Assembly (NCBI GenBank): GCA_043228905.1
Contig: JBHGNT010000012.1
Span: forward strand, 20,460,001 to 20,524,000
Origin: Azolla caroliniana
Lineage: Eukaryota; Plantae; Polypodiophyta
Length of the DNA: 64,000 nucleotides
Direction: 5' to 3'
In this document: positions 37,977 to 50,551 of the stretch, one piece after another
Layout of the letters: each line of letters begins with the position of its first letter
Position numbering within the stretch: position 1 is the first letter of the stretch
Program-made: the position numbers and the translations under genes
The notes under the pieces: model-generated
Told to the model about the DNA's origin: nothing
What the model saw: the letters and a program-made list of their open reading frames with translations, nothing else
The model's database searches: none

Positions 37977-40173
37977 AAGCCTCTCCGAAGGAAGTTCATG
38001 CTATGTGCTTGGCATTTTTATGTTGCATGATCAACATCCTTATGGTTATACACTCTACGACGATAGGACAAGATTGATTTCTATTAGTCATTATAACTAT
38101 TTATACACTCGAACATAACAAGGGAGTAGTAGCTTCGGTTTCTAAATAATCACATCTTTTTTATATCACACACTGTGTAGAGGAGTGACTCCTCTTTTCC
38201 CAAAAAATTCCCCCTTGTGTACAACAACTTTTGTAATGCAGTTCATGCTACCAAATTGTCTTTTTGGGTTCTTCCAAAATCGATGCGTGCTAAAGATAAC
38301 AATGACAAGAATCAATCTTGAGCTCTTTGTCCTACAATGTGGTTTTTTGTGCCCTTTAGTTCACATTTTGTGTTGGAGACTAAAAACCCTTGACAATTAG
38401 TAGATCAAGAGTGGCCTCTTTTGAGGTACAAGTTGAGAAGAATGACTTCTTGTGTGCGGTGCAAGTTTTGTAGATGATGATTATGCTACCAACATAGTCT
38501 TTTTATCATTTCACGTGTTTTATGATATGCCTATGTTTTGTCAATTTTATTTGAAACTAACCTATTTTCAGTAATAAATGCATTTATTTTTATTAACATT
38601 TTTGTGTGATATGTAAAAGTGCTTTAATAAGCTATTTCCAAAATAAATATATGCGTTTTAATTAGTATTCTTGTGTGACAAGGCATTTCCGAAAGATAAA
38701 ATAAATATTTATCTTGAAGGAAGAGATGCATACAATTGTTATTATAATGTATATTTGATGTGGTTTATATACTCGAGAAGAAGGTAAAGTGGAACTTTTG
38801 GCCCTCAGTGGGTTTGATAGTAAGCTAAAATTGGTATAGAAACTAAGAAGGTTACTGACCCAAAATTAGATCAATTGAGTCGAACGATGTGAATGCTTGA
38901 GCCAAAATTGTCTCCAACTAGCTTTGACGAATTACAATGAGTCTTTGAATGCTGACATGAAATGCCATAGTTTTCACATCACTAAATTTTCTCAATGAAG
39001 ACTTGATTTCTCATTACAAAAACCTTCCCAAAACTCTTATCGATCAAAATTAGATAGCTCTTTGTATTTATTTTCTCCTTTTCTTTCCCTTCCAGTTTTG
39101 TGATCCCAATTGTGTTATAGCGGCGAAAGTTGGAAGCTACTTAACATGAATAAAAATGATAATCTTGCCTCTACAATATGCTAATGGTATATGATTAACA
39201 TTCATCATAATGTTGATTAACATTGCAATTAATGGATCTCTACGAATGGATAATTGTGATAATGGATAAAGTTATATTAAAATATGATTTGAAGTATGGG
39301 ATGAGGTGTATTGCTTTTGACTATGGCACCGGATGTATCGCTTTTCAAGCATGGCACAAGTGATATTTTTATTATGTCTCCAAATATTCAAAGTAAAATA
39401 TTCGCAATCTTTCTCCTCTTTTCTAAGAGACATTGTTTTGGTTTCTTTATAATAAGAGACGAAAGGACTTGCTAGTTAAAGTTTCTCCCTACATATTTTG
39501 TTCCCTTTATACACACTCTTGGGAATTCTCCTCAAGAAAAGAAAGGATCTTGATTCTCCTTTAAGAGTAAAAGTGAAATCTCTATACACATTTTATACGG
39601 GCATTTGCATCTATTTATCACATCACACTATAGTACACGCCATCGTCTTAACATGAACATGTGGTTAGTAAGACCAAGGGGGAGGGAAGAACATTGAACC
39701 AACAAAGTAAACTATGGGAAATTCTATATTGTAGATTACTTGGTTAGGCAATGAAATTTAAGAAAAACATAAACATTGGTGACAATATCTAAGAGCACTT
39801 TAAATTTAACAACAAATAATGATGAGAAAACATGGATTCGTATTATTAATTGGAACCAAATAAACATCCATAATGAAGATGAGGTGGTACAAGATGTGGG
39901 CTAACTGTCATTAAACCACATATATTGTTATGTGTCTTGCTCTCTTTAGCCTTTAGAGGGATAATCTTTACAAAGTAATTTCAATAGGTGAGGCTTGATT
40001 CCTAAACTAGCATTCCAAGTAGATATATTGATCATGGCAAGTGGAGGAAGGTTTACAATAAGTTGAATCCTAGTAAACATTATTAATGCAAGTGTTATAG
40101 TTTGGCCTTTTGTGATCAGGTACTTAAAAGGAACACCAAATTATACTATAAGAGTTCTTATAAATTTGGCAAT

Positions 40174-40911
40174 CTAAGGGAAGGTACAAGTAGCATTGCA
40201 TGCGGCGTGGAAATCGGCGACGATGGGCCGACAAAGAAGCTGGTAGCACCAGAACATGATAATTGAGGAGATAAGGATGACGGTGACGAAGACAACAATG
40301 TCGAAAGCGTAGTTTCGGAGCACGTAAAGTAGGCGAAGGTGCAATGGCGTATCGGTTCCAAGAAGAATAACGTTGCTCGACGATAGAATGTCTAGAGGCT
40401 CGTTGGATGGGTTGGAGATGTCAAGTAGTGCACCATGGGTCATGATCTTATCGATCGCGGTCAAGATCGCATCGACCTCTCCATTTATTTGGTCTAGCTC
40501 CCAATGGCGGTAGTGGAGTCGTCGGAGCTTGGGGACAAGGGACACAAGTGTGACTATCGTGGTGGTGAGCGAGATCATGAACGGAACCCACCATCGTTCG
40601 CACCCGAGGGCCGTGTTGGACTGCACGAGGGCCGTCAAAACTATCCCTTGAAAGACCGAAAAGAGGGATAGGAATTGGTAGATTTGTTGTTGCGTCGAAC
40701 TCAAGTCTTGAAGCTTCCGGTGCCTTCGGCACCACAACTTCTGCTCCTCCTTCCGGTACCTCTCGAGCCATGACCGGTGACACTTGCTCGCGCAAAGCTC
40801 CGCTAGGACAACCATCTTCGGCCTCCTCTCCACCATCGCTATATGGACCAATACATCATCGCCATGGGTGCTTGACACATTCTCGAGGTCCATTGTAAAG
40901 TGTTGATCCAT
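40174..40911 (-). CDS. Intronless membrane protein of unknown function (helix, 2 TM, helix, TM); resembles an uncharacterised plant family with an IYQ..xFxVFQG...C..WWxP signature
   Basis: Uninterrupted 245 codons from ATG 40911 (frame open to 40995). GC/CpG-rich island in AT-rich DNA. Three hydrophobic segments. An upstream exon is possible. Confidence 0.8.
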   Translation of the reverse strand: MDQHFTMDLENVSSTHGDDVLVHIAMVERRPKMVVLAELCASKCHRSWLERYRKEEQKLWCRRHRKLQDLSSTQQQIYQFLSLFSVFQGIVLTALVQSNTALGCERWWVPFMISLTTTIVTLVSLVPKLRRLHYRHWELDQINGEVDAILTAIDKIMTHGALLDISNPSNEPLDILSSSNVILLGTDTPLHLRLLYVLRNYAFDIVVFVTVILISSIIMFWCYQLLCRPIVADFHAACNATCTFP

Positions 40912-42666
40912 GAACCTAGGCTCGATCGATGACTTCTCTCGTTTAAATTCGTCTTCACTTCCTTGGGATGGCTTCTTAAACCTTACTCTAGCCACACTTG
41001 AGATAAATATTTTCCCATCTCTTTTCTTTTAAGTTTTAACCATTTATTCTTCACACATTGAATTGTACTACTCTTAGAGACCCCATCGATAGTAAAGAAA
41101 AAGGAGCCACGACATGTGCCTTTAATTTATTCTTTTATTACCCGACAATGTGATTACCACTTTGACACAATTTTGCTACATCATGTATCGTTTATCATTT
41201 TTCTAAATTGCTTGCCACATCATATCCATTCAAGAGGGGGTTAACAAACTCAAGGTACAAAACCACCTCAACTATGACAAGGTTCTATCTTTTATCTTTT
41301 CTTCCTTGGTATGTTTATTACAACAATATGATAAAGTTGAGTTTCCAAATCCCAAAATATTGTTCTTGTTTGCTGTAACTACGTAGGAGGCACCTCAAAC
41401 ATAACATATGGAACCAATTGTAATAAGATAGTCTCCTCTAATAGGGTAGAAGTTCCATGTAATTATCGTAAGATTATCCCTCATGTGCTTAAGTAGAAAC
41501 CACACATATTTACTGAAAATATTCTTCATATGCTTAAGTAGAGAGTGGACTCATGTACTACACTACATATCTTGATGTTTCACTAGAGACTGGGGCTTCT
41601 GTGTTTGACTTGGCTAGCTTGTGCACCATTGATGCATACAATAATTGATGGTGGGAAGAATTGTTGATGTTCAATGGTTTGACGAATCCTAGTAGAAATG
41701 TTCCTCATCCTCAATCTCATTATTATCATAGAGCATATATAAGTAGTTTGATCTCGGTAATTCTCTACAAGGGCTTTGCTTTCCACCATGTTCATATTGT
41801 CGAAGGTATACATGGCCAAGTGTTTATTATAATTTTCTATGAAAGTGCACAAATACCCACATTTTAATACATTTGCAAGAAATTTAGGTTATATGATCAT
41901 CCTCCATTGATTGCCCTAATCATAACAATATAAATGATTAGGACCAAACTTTCGATAAAGATACTAATAATAAATTGTCTACTTATTCCCTTGGTTATGC
42001 TGAACATAATGCATTTGTGTATGAGAAGTATCTACACTATCTTCCTATGAAGTAAGATGTTAGTTCTAGGTCACATACTATGTTGACATTAAAAATTAAA
42101 TTGTTTAGCTAATGTTTAGTGTTTGGGCAAAACGTGAAAAAGATGTGTACTACTAGGCATTGCTAGTACCAACTAGTTAGGTCCAATGTATTCATATTGC
42201 TTGGCAACAAAATGGATGAAAAACTTATACTTCCACTAAATTTTCATGTGGTAACAATGGAGAAAGCATTTTAGACAATAACTTGGCATATTTCAATCTT
42301 GAACTTTTATCACATTAGTAATCCTAGGTAATTGTCACATACGTATAGAGATCAATGAAGATAGTTGGAAATAATCTATCCAAGTATGTTTCCAATTGCC
42401 TTTATTACTAATGCAATGAACTAGATAGCCCAAAGTTTTTCGGGTGAATATAGTCTTGTAGTGTGACAATATATATACATACATTTTGAACTTTGACCTA
42501 CTAGGCTTGAGACTTGGAGAAATCTCAAGAAAATACTTTATTCTATAGTAAATTTCAATTGATTACGATGACATTTTGAAAGATTCCAATGTAAACAATT
42601 TAACTCAATGCAAAATTATCTTTATTAATAGATCAATCAATATAATATCAAAATGAAAGAAGAAAA

Positions 42667-45600
42667 CTATGTCTCCCCAATGAGAGCTTCTTCTAATGTA
42701 TCTATCTCAGTAGTAGCATGATGTGCATTCCGAGATAGTATGTAAGAATCAATCACAGTGAGCACATACACCCCTATCCATATGACCAAAGTCCCAACAA
42801 AATATTCTATTCCGACTGGGCAGGACAAAGCAAAGATGAAGAGGACAATTCCAAACACCATCAATAGCGCCCCTGCATGAAAATAAATTTGCTTTCAACA
42901 ATGATCATGTAACATTGAAGCATAGGAAATTATATTTCCTTGTAATGTAAGTTCTATCTTGAGCTTTTGCAAGAATTAAGACAATGGTAAATGTTCACAA
43001 ATGCTAGTTAGAAATTATGACACATACATACTATTCTTGTGATAACTTGCAATCACTTGAAATTCTTGTAAACCAAAGTGATTTCAAAAATAGAGATAAT
43101 GGCAAGTGGGCATGAAAGCAACAACAATGCATATAAATATAAAAAGGCAAATTTGGACCTATAAGTAAGAACTTGCATAATGTGGTTTGATGTACACAAA
43201 ATTGTTGAAGCAAACAAAATCAAACATGCATAGAAAGTGGAACAACTTCTTGACTAATGCATGTCATGCTTGAGTAATTAAATGGAAGGATGAAGGCTTA
43301 TTTACCCGATCGTCCATGAATTCTTCTCCAATGGTGTGGTTGATGGTTTTGGAAGAAGATTGGAACTCCAATTGAGGAATTGGGATCCACGTACTTAACA
43401 AAATAGAAAGAACCAAGTTTTTAAAGTAATATTGGATTAAAAAACAAAAGGTAATCGTTATGTTTTGAAGTACTAAAATACGAGGGACAGTTAAATATGA
43501 AAAAAGTACGAGAAACCCTCACATTTATCTCTAGAGATTGGAGATTTTTTGGGATGTAGAAGATATCTCACATGTTTGAGATTTACAAGATGCCCCACAT
43601 TTTGAAAAGTCTCACACTTCATGTTACAAAATGCCCACATAAAATTTACCATATGAACATGTCTTGTCCCATAAAGCATGCATTACATTAATTTACATAT
43701 TTGGAATTTTGTGCAAGCACTTTGTAGTGACAACATTGAATGATTTTACTCATGCATATAATTGACTACATTTATCCACTTTTCTAAGCCTTCAAAAACT
43801 CGACTTGTTACAATCCACATACATATTTAATATTGAAGGTGACTGTAGTTACACATATTTATATCATTATAGTTTATCACATTTGTAGTGCTATTTATTT
43901 CTATATTTTATACATTGAATTCTAGTCAAATGATTTGTGCATACCTGGAGATTGTAGCCAAGCCAAATGAGAATTCTAGTCAAATGATTCGTGCATACCT
44001 GGAGATTGTAGCCAAGCCAAATGAGAGCCCAAATGGCAATGTTGGTGGTGAAGACTCGTGGAAGAAAGTCATTAGAGTCACTAATGGCCGATGGGATGAT
44101 GACCAATACAAAGACCATAAAAATCAGCACACCAGGTAAGGCGATGATGTTGGCCACAGCATAAGAAGACTCCCCACTAAAAAAAACACTTGATAATAAG
44201 TGTTTAGCCTCCATAAAAAATTTCAACATTTCCGTTATTAGGAAACACGTCCACACTCATGGTTTTGGATAATAATGCGAGAATAATGTTTATCATCAAC
44301 AAGTGTGTGTCCAAAAGGTACCCCATGCTTAGCTAGATGTGGATGGATGAAGAGGTCTTATACACTAAGATTTTAGTGTTTTCTTTTCCTTGTGAAAAGG
44401 AAGCCTTGTTTTTATCGTGTACTTCACCATATCACATAGATGAAATGTGCCATATCAAGTTAATACAAATTGTAGTCATTCTAGGACTCTAACCTTGCAT
44501 GTCAAAATCATTATTCATGGTTATCATCACAAAGTTTTTGTAATACATATTGGTGTAATTATTCTATGAACCTCATCTATTCTTATCTTATGTAACCATA
44601 GACCTACCTTGTAATGCCTATTGAGACTCAAATTGAAAGCTTCATATCAATCCATACATTGTTTTTATCTCATACACCTATAAGAATGGTGTCTAACATA
44701 CTGTAATTTCTCAAATAAAAAGCTTCTCGTTAAACCATACATTATTTTTTTATCTTACATGACCACGTTTGCTGTGACTTTTAGCTACTTCCTTCAATGT
44801 TTTACAAAGAATATAAACACTCACCTTGAAAATCTATGGCTAAGTAAGAGGATGTCACACTTAGTTATGTGATGAAATTTAAGAAAGAAGGAACCATTGC
44901 CATTCTAGGATTGAAACCTTGTAGGTCAAATTCATGGATATCATCATCATGTTTAACCAATTATGATATGCATGTGGGTGCAATGATCGACATACCACAT
45001 TTTAGATGTTCTTCCATGCCTAGTTTCATGTAGTATGGAGCAAAGACACCTAGCTTATAATACGTTTTTAACTATGTGTGAGAGGATTTCATTTATATAA
45101 AATATTCTAACACATCGAGGATTTTTACTCATGGAAAGAGGTTAACAAGCCATGTATGAAAAATGGTCGCGAAATTTCGCACCATATTGTTTTATATCAA
45201 AATATGTCACCTTGGTATAATATAATGGATGAGATTGGAGAGATTTTTTCCAGCTTTAGTACAAGGCAATGAACTCTATATGATGATTAAGTACCTATCT
45301 ATATATTACTCAAAAAACTACACTACCATAGAATGGGATGATTCTCATGCTTAAACTGACATTGTTAATATTATTTTAGATACAAAATTGAGAGAGTCTT
45401 ATTCTTCCTTCAAAGCTTTGGAAATTTGTTAAAAACAAATCATTGTAGGATTTGGCAACAACAACCCATTATGTAGTAGTGTTAGTGATTGGCCTACATA
45501 ATTGAGTACATGAATTACCTTTGGGCCTTTAGCTTGGGATCATGGCATGCCACTTGGTACATTACATATGGTATCACAAGTTGGAGGAATGGGAATACCA

Positions 45601-45840
45601 ATAGTCCTACCCATCTTGGTACCCACACAATTGGGTGACCTACACCATATCATTAGGTCCACAAGATTAGCTTGTTGAAAGAAATTAAAGAATATAATGG
45701 ATAACTAGCAAGATCTTGTACATACCAAAGGCGCTCCACCATAGGGGTAAAGAATCCGAGGTATTCTCCCAATTGTATATAGCAAGGATTAAGCTTGTGA
45801 TTGTGAGTAGAAGAGGAAGAGCAACTGGATTATTAGCCAT
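42667..45840 (-). CDS. Five-exon gene for a 235-aa six-TM DUF1648/SdpI-like membrane protein; exons 45840-45726, 45639-45519, 44176-43999, 43393-43306, 42872-42667
   Basis: All four introns are GT..AG with matching phases (1,2,0,1) and the spliced frame has no stops. Product: MANNPVALPLLLTITSLILAIYNWENTSDSLPLWWSAFGHPIVWVPRWVGLLVFPFLQLVIPYVMYQVACHDPKLKAQSGESSYAVANIIALPGVLIFMVFVLVIIPSAISDSNDFLPRVFTTNIAIWALIWLGYNLQYVDPNSSIGVPIFFQNHQPHHWRRIHGRSGALLMVFGIVLFIFALSCPVGIEYFVGTLVIWIGVYVLTVIDSYILSRNAHHATTEIDTLEEALIGET*. Confidence 0.85.
43917..44025. repeat. 54-bp tandem duplication spanning the exon 3 splice donor
   Basis: gaattctagtcaaatgatt(t/c)gtgcatacctggagattgtagccaagccaaatga twice, 1 mismatch. 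Confidence 0.97.
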
Positions 45841-46759
45841 AATTCAATCGATCTAGAATGTATTAATGACATGTAGTCACCCACTGCGTATCAATTTGGT
45901 CGATCTATCGACCTATCTTTAATTATGTATTTAGTGAGAATAAAAGAGAATCAAATTAGAACGTGTTGGAGACATCCTATGGCAATTTGTCATTATATTA
46001 GAGATCATGTTCACCATTATATATTAAAGCTCATTTATAATATTAAAACATTTTAACTTTTCCATTTTTGTTATGGGTATAATTTAAGGTGAATGGTTTT
46101 TTTTGTATTTTATCATGGTCAATCATCATTGATGAATCACTTTTTCACTGTAAACTTTTTATTGACTTGCCATTAATACATTGAAAAGGTCAATGATGAT
46201 ATCACCAATGTTGATTTAATCGTATTGAATGCAATATCATATAGGATATCCAGTCGTGCGTGTGACAATAGTGTAATTATGATCAAGAGTTTTGGTGTAA
46301 TTATGATCAAGAGTTGAAGGAATCAGACCCTTACTAGTCCTCTTAGTTTTGGCTTCTCCTAGGTCAATTATTGCACCAAAAATCTACATTTCCATCATTG
46401 TGGGTTCAGATTACATGTGAGTGTTGCAATAGATGCATCAATATTTATGGAGACATCTTTTTGGAGATCCCCTCTACATTTGATCTATAAAACCTTATAA
46501 GGGAAGTTCATGGAAACAAGCCAAACTCATCAAAATTGTTCCCTAGGTCTTTAAAGTTGGAAACATATAAGGTCCTTTGGAAGTTGAGATTGACAATGCC
46601 CAAAGAGTACTTTTGCTCCTCTTGGTAGGGTGGCTAAACTTTGAAAGCCAAGACTTTCAAGCTATGACCATGTACATTCTAGTGTCTGACAACATTGGAA
46701 GGTGATTGAGATATCATGGTTGCAAGAGAATCAATATGCCTAAACGGATTGCACATGAC

Positions 46760-46932
46760 AACCTCAATGCATTCATGGGAGATAATTAGAAGGATTATTA
46801 ATTTTCTCTTCAAGATTGATGTTTTGAAGGTTGCTCAATCAAGCTCACACCAACCTAATGCATACATGGGAGATAATTGAAAGATTATTAATCTTCTTTT
46901 CAAGATCGATGTTTTGAAGGTTGCTCAACCAA
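46760..46932. repeat. ~92-bp tandem duplication
   Basis: aatgcat.catgggagataatt..a.gattattaat.ttct.ttcaagat.gatgttttgaaggttgctcaa twice. Confidence 0.8.
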
Positions 46933-47899
46933 ACCAAACCTATAGTGTTGGGACACATCTATCAAATATCTAGTCACTCTCATGTGGGGTTTTGTGAGAT
47001 GGAGAAGACTTGCTGAAGAAATACAAAATTATGAAAATGAGTGTGTTGATTTTCTTCTTCTCTCTATGGAAGACAGGTATTGGATGCCTTTGTTTGGTAG
47101 AGGACAAGGTTTGCTCTACGATATCTTCTTTAGCAATTTGGCTATTGTGGAAAGCAATATGTAAATGTGTATTTTAGAAAGTCCAATAGAATGTGGTTAA
47201 CTTAGTCAAGAAGATATTGTTGATGCTTCTACATTGAACTAAGAGGTCCATATGAGGCCCAATAAATGGTTACCCTAATGTTCTGTTTTATAAGCAACAA
47301 CATTTTAGAGAAATGTGGACGAAGACAACGATCTTCACCTCTTATCGTGAGAGAATGAAGGGGCCATATGCTCCACCAAGGTGATCTTTTCCGTCCCGCA
47401 TTATGGAAAGATCATGATTTTAGATGTGTCAATATAGTTTCTAGGGTAGTTGCGTGAGGGCTTTTGCTATTCGACATGTTGATTGATGTGGGTATGGTGG
47501 TTGTGTTTTCATGTATGAGTTCATCAATACCAAGGTGAATCGTTTTAAAAAAACGGCTAGTCACTCTCACATATGCGCAGGATTCCTTGGAGAAAGAGAC
47601 ATTCAAGTGCGTGATAGTCATAGAGTGAGAAGAAAGCATCCTCAACATGGAGGTCAACCCTTATCTAGTGAATATGTCCAAAGGTCTACTGATCAAAAAG
47701 ACATATTTGCTTGGTCCTTAGTGGACGTACAATTTTGATTGTTGGCTTTACTAACATCAAATCCACTTGAAGTAGGAATCCACCCTCATACAACATTGAC
47801 AAAATAGAATGAATCCCAATTATAATATTTATTAATTTCTATTGGTGGGATTCATTCAGCTCATTAACAATGATACATTGTTTAGTTTTATTCTCATCA

Positions 47900-48050
47900 T
47901 TCCAGAGAATAAATAACAAGATACACGTTTATGTTGAATATTACAAGCTCAATGCAACCACAATATGTGACACCTTTCCTTTTCCACTTATGAATAATGT
48001 CCTCAATATAAAGGTCAACCATAAAATGTATGGTTTCCTTTATGAGCACT
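47900..48050 (+). mobile_element. Short degraded Ty3/gypsy RT fragment
   Basis: HVYVEYYKLNATTICDTFPFPLMNNVL...HKMYGFL resembles RxCVDYRKLNxxTxxDxFPLP...HxxYSFLD. Confidence 0.6.
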
Positions 48051-49330
48051 AATGAAATGAACATGTGTACATGTTTTATAGCAAGTTAACCATGTCAGAT
48101 CATTAAGTTCGCCATGTGATCAAGCTAAACTCAGCCAACACCTGCTTCTTTATAACACCTGAACATGACATCATGGAAATGAACATTAAAAGGCTAGGAT
48201 GCAACTACTATGAATCTTATTAGATTTAAAATTGTGGAAAGGGAGATGAACATTTGGATTGTTACGCACTTAAGTGGGATACAATGTGAAGTTATGTTAC
48301 TCAAATTTATAGCCATAATTTGTAAAAGAACATTGATGAGAGACACAAGAACATTAGTAAGGAACACATGCCTAGAGATTCTCTTGACTTTATTGAATGT
48401 GAGATATTGAGAATAAAAGGGAATTCGACATTGCTTATTAGTGAAGATTCACAAAACCAAACATCATTCAGGCAAGTAACACAACTTCAACCCCTTTAGA
48501 TGAGGAAGAGATATGTCACCTCCAAACGACATTCTAAGAGGCACTTTGAGGGAAAATGATTGAACAACGACATTGTTGTGAAGTGGGAAATGCATAGAAT
48601 GAATTTAGTTAAACTAGGGTTATGAAAAAGGTTGATTGATGGATCGAAGGTGTGGTGAGAAAGACATTTTGTGACTTATTATTATTATTATTTGGGAGAG
48701 TGTGTGGCATGTGCTAAAATAAAAAAGCACCTACTTTTTTATTTGGGGAGAAAACCTTGTTGACCTATAAAAGGGTGAAGAAAACTCATTGTTTGGGGGA
48801 GAAATGGAGAGACATAGAAGCTCTACTGGATTGAGAAGCGAGGAGGCTAGGGTAGTGAATCAAGAGGGCATGCAAGTCCAACATCGATAAGAGATGATGT
48901 GACCGTTGATCGTGGAGACGTTGCATTGAAACTCAAGGATTTCCCCGTGAAGCTCCACTCCAAACTTATCTTCTTCGATAATTCTTTTCTTCTTCTTCAT
49001 CATCATCTTCTCCTCTGCATACTTATTGTGTTAGGGTTTTTATTTTCTTCTTTTTCATGAAATTTAGGGTTCTTAGTTTATGCGTTATTTCTTAAAACTT
49101 ACCACAGTTCTAATCAGTTATGCCAACATATTGTAAACCCTACTTTATAAAGGGAATTTCTTTCTTAATTCAATGTTTTTTTGCCTATAAAGTGAATAAT
49201 TTGGACTTAATATTATAAAATCCATTTGTAATCTCATGGTATTTAGGTTAATTATGTGATTCAATCCTAATCTTGCGAATAATTCACTATTCAACACGTT
49301 GCTACCTTCGACTCTGGGTTACATTGAACT

Positions 49331-50091
49331 TGTAAAAGATTACGTATGGAAGCTTACAAACAACAAACACAACCGACTCTGTCCGAACAACAAAGAACAG
49401 ACAATTAGGTAAACATAGAGTAGGGGAGAGAGAGAGAGAGAGAGAGGATAAGTGAGCACAAAACGAAATGCTTAGTACATACAAAGTGCTCACATAGCAC
49501 TTTTTATACAAGCCCTGAAGAGTGGGCTGACACAAGTACTATTAGTACTTAATACTCATGAATGAGCCTTATACTGATTAGCTTATAATAGGCCTATTTA
49601 CTAAAATAGGCATATAGGATCCCTAGTGGCCTGTTGGATTCCATCCAACTCGACCAACCAATTCGGCTTTCGGTTTATTCAACTGATTCAGGGCGAGTCG
49701 ATCGCCCCCGTCTGATTCGGCTCTTGGCTTCTTCAACCAATTCGGCCCATGTTGAGCTTGTCTCTCAACACCCCCCCTCAAGCTCAACTTGAGGTCCCGA
49801 TATGTTAGCTCCAGCTGGTTCTAGCCTCCGGCTTCTCTTGGCGTCTTCACGCCTTGCTCGTGCACCTCATTCGGTCCAGTCCTGCGTCCCACGACCCCTC
49901 TTGTCTAGCACTCCTCGACCCGTCTGGTTCCGCACACCTTGACCCCTATGGTCAGCTTGTTTGCTACCCTCGCTGTCATGGCATTGGCGCCCCTCGACCT
50001 GTCGCCTCCTTCGTATCGGCATCGACATCAATTGCCTCCTTGTCCGCCTAGCCCTCACGTGATCCGTTGTCCTGAAGATTTTCAGGAACGG
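49331..50091 (-). mobile_element. 3' UTR, PPT and 3' LTR (49331-49770) of a minus-strand copia
   Basis: Minus strand reads GTTGAGCTTGAGGGGGGG|TGTTGAGAGACAAGCTCAAC...ATCTTTTACA. Confidence 0.75.
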
Positions 50092-50460
50092 TGTGAAATT
50101 CATATGGAAAGGAGAAAATCGAGAAGGGTTTAGTTTTGTGCTTCTCTCATTGTTTTTTCTCAGTGAGTTATCCCACATGTATATACAACTAATATGACTC
50201 TTTTTATACAAATACTAGCTTATCTCACTTATATATATGACTATGTGTATATATATATTTATACATTCGTTTGAACTTCTATTCAACCGATTACCATTTG
50301 GTTGAATTTTGTTTCGGCTTTCTGACCAATTTTGGCAGCCGACTCCCATTTCGGCTTTACGGTCGATTTCAGCTAATCGACTCTTGTTTCGGCTTTTTCG
50401 GTCGATTTTGGCCAATTGACTCTTGTTTCGGTTTTCTGACCAATTTCGGCCTGCCAACTC
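50092..50460 (-). mobile_element. Probable LTR fragment with ~38-bp internal repeats
   Basis: Repeats of ccgaaacaagagtc.att.gc..aaat.g and an AT-rich TATA region. Ends ...AATTTCACA on the minus strand. Confidence 0.5.
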
Positions 50461-50551
50461 TCCCACAAGGAGGGACAATCTTACATAACACAATTGACTT
50501 ACCACAAAGCTAAGTCATTTCTTAAAAAGTTGTATTTTCCTCATTATACTT

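Noticed and set aside
44177-44256. N-terminus of the 121-aa ORF 43891-44256
   Set aside because: Intronic read-through upstream of the TTTTTTTTAG acceptor of exon 3 of the SdpI-like gene.
44820-44850. Strong AAG|GTGAGT donor-like site in intron 2 (possible micro-exon)
   Set aside because: Exons 2 and 3 already join in phase, and no convincing frame-preserving exon was found.
48050-49296. LTR-like block with TATAAAAG and a CA end
   Set aside because: Plausible Gypsy LTR remnant, but no 5' boundary, partner LTR or TSD could be supported.
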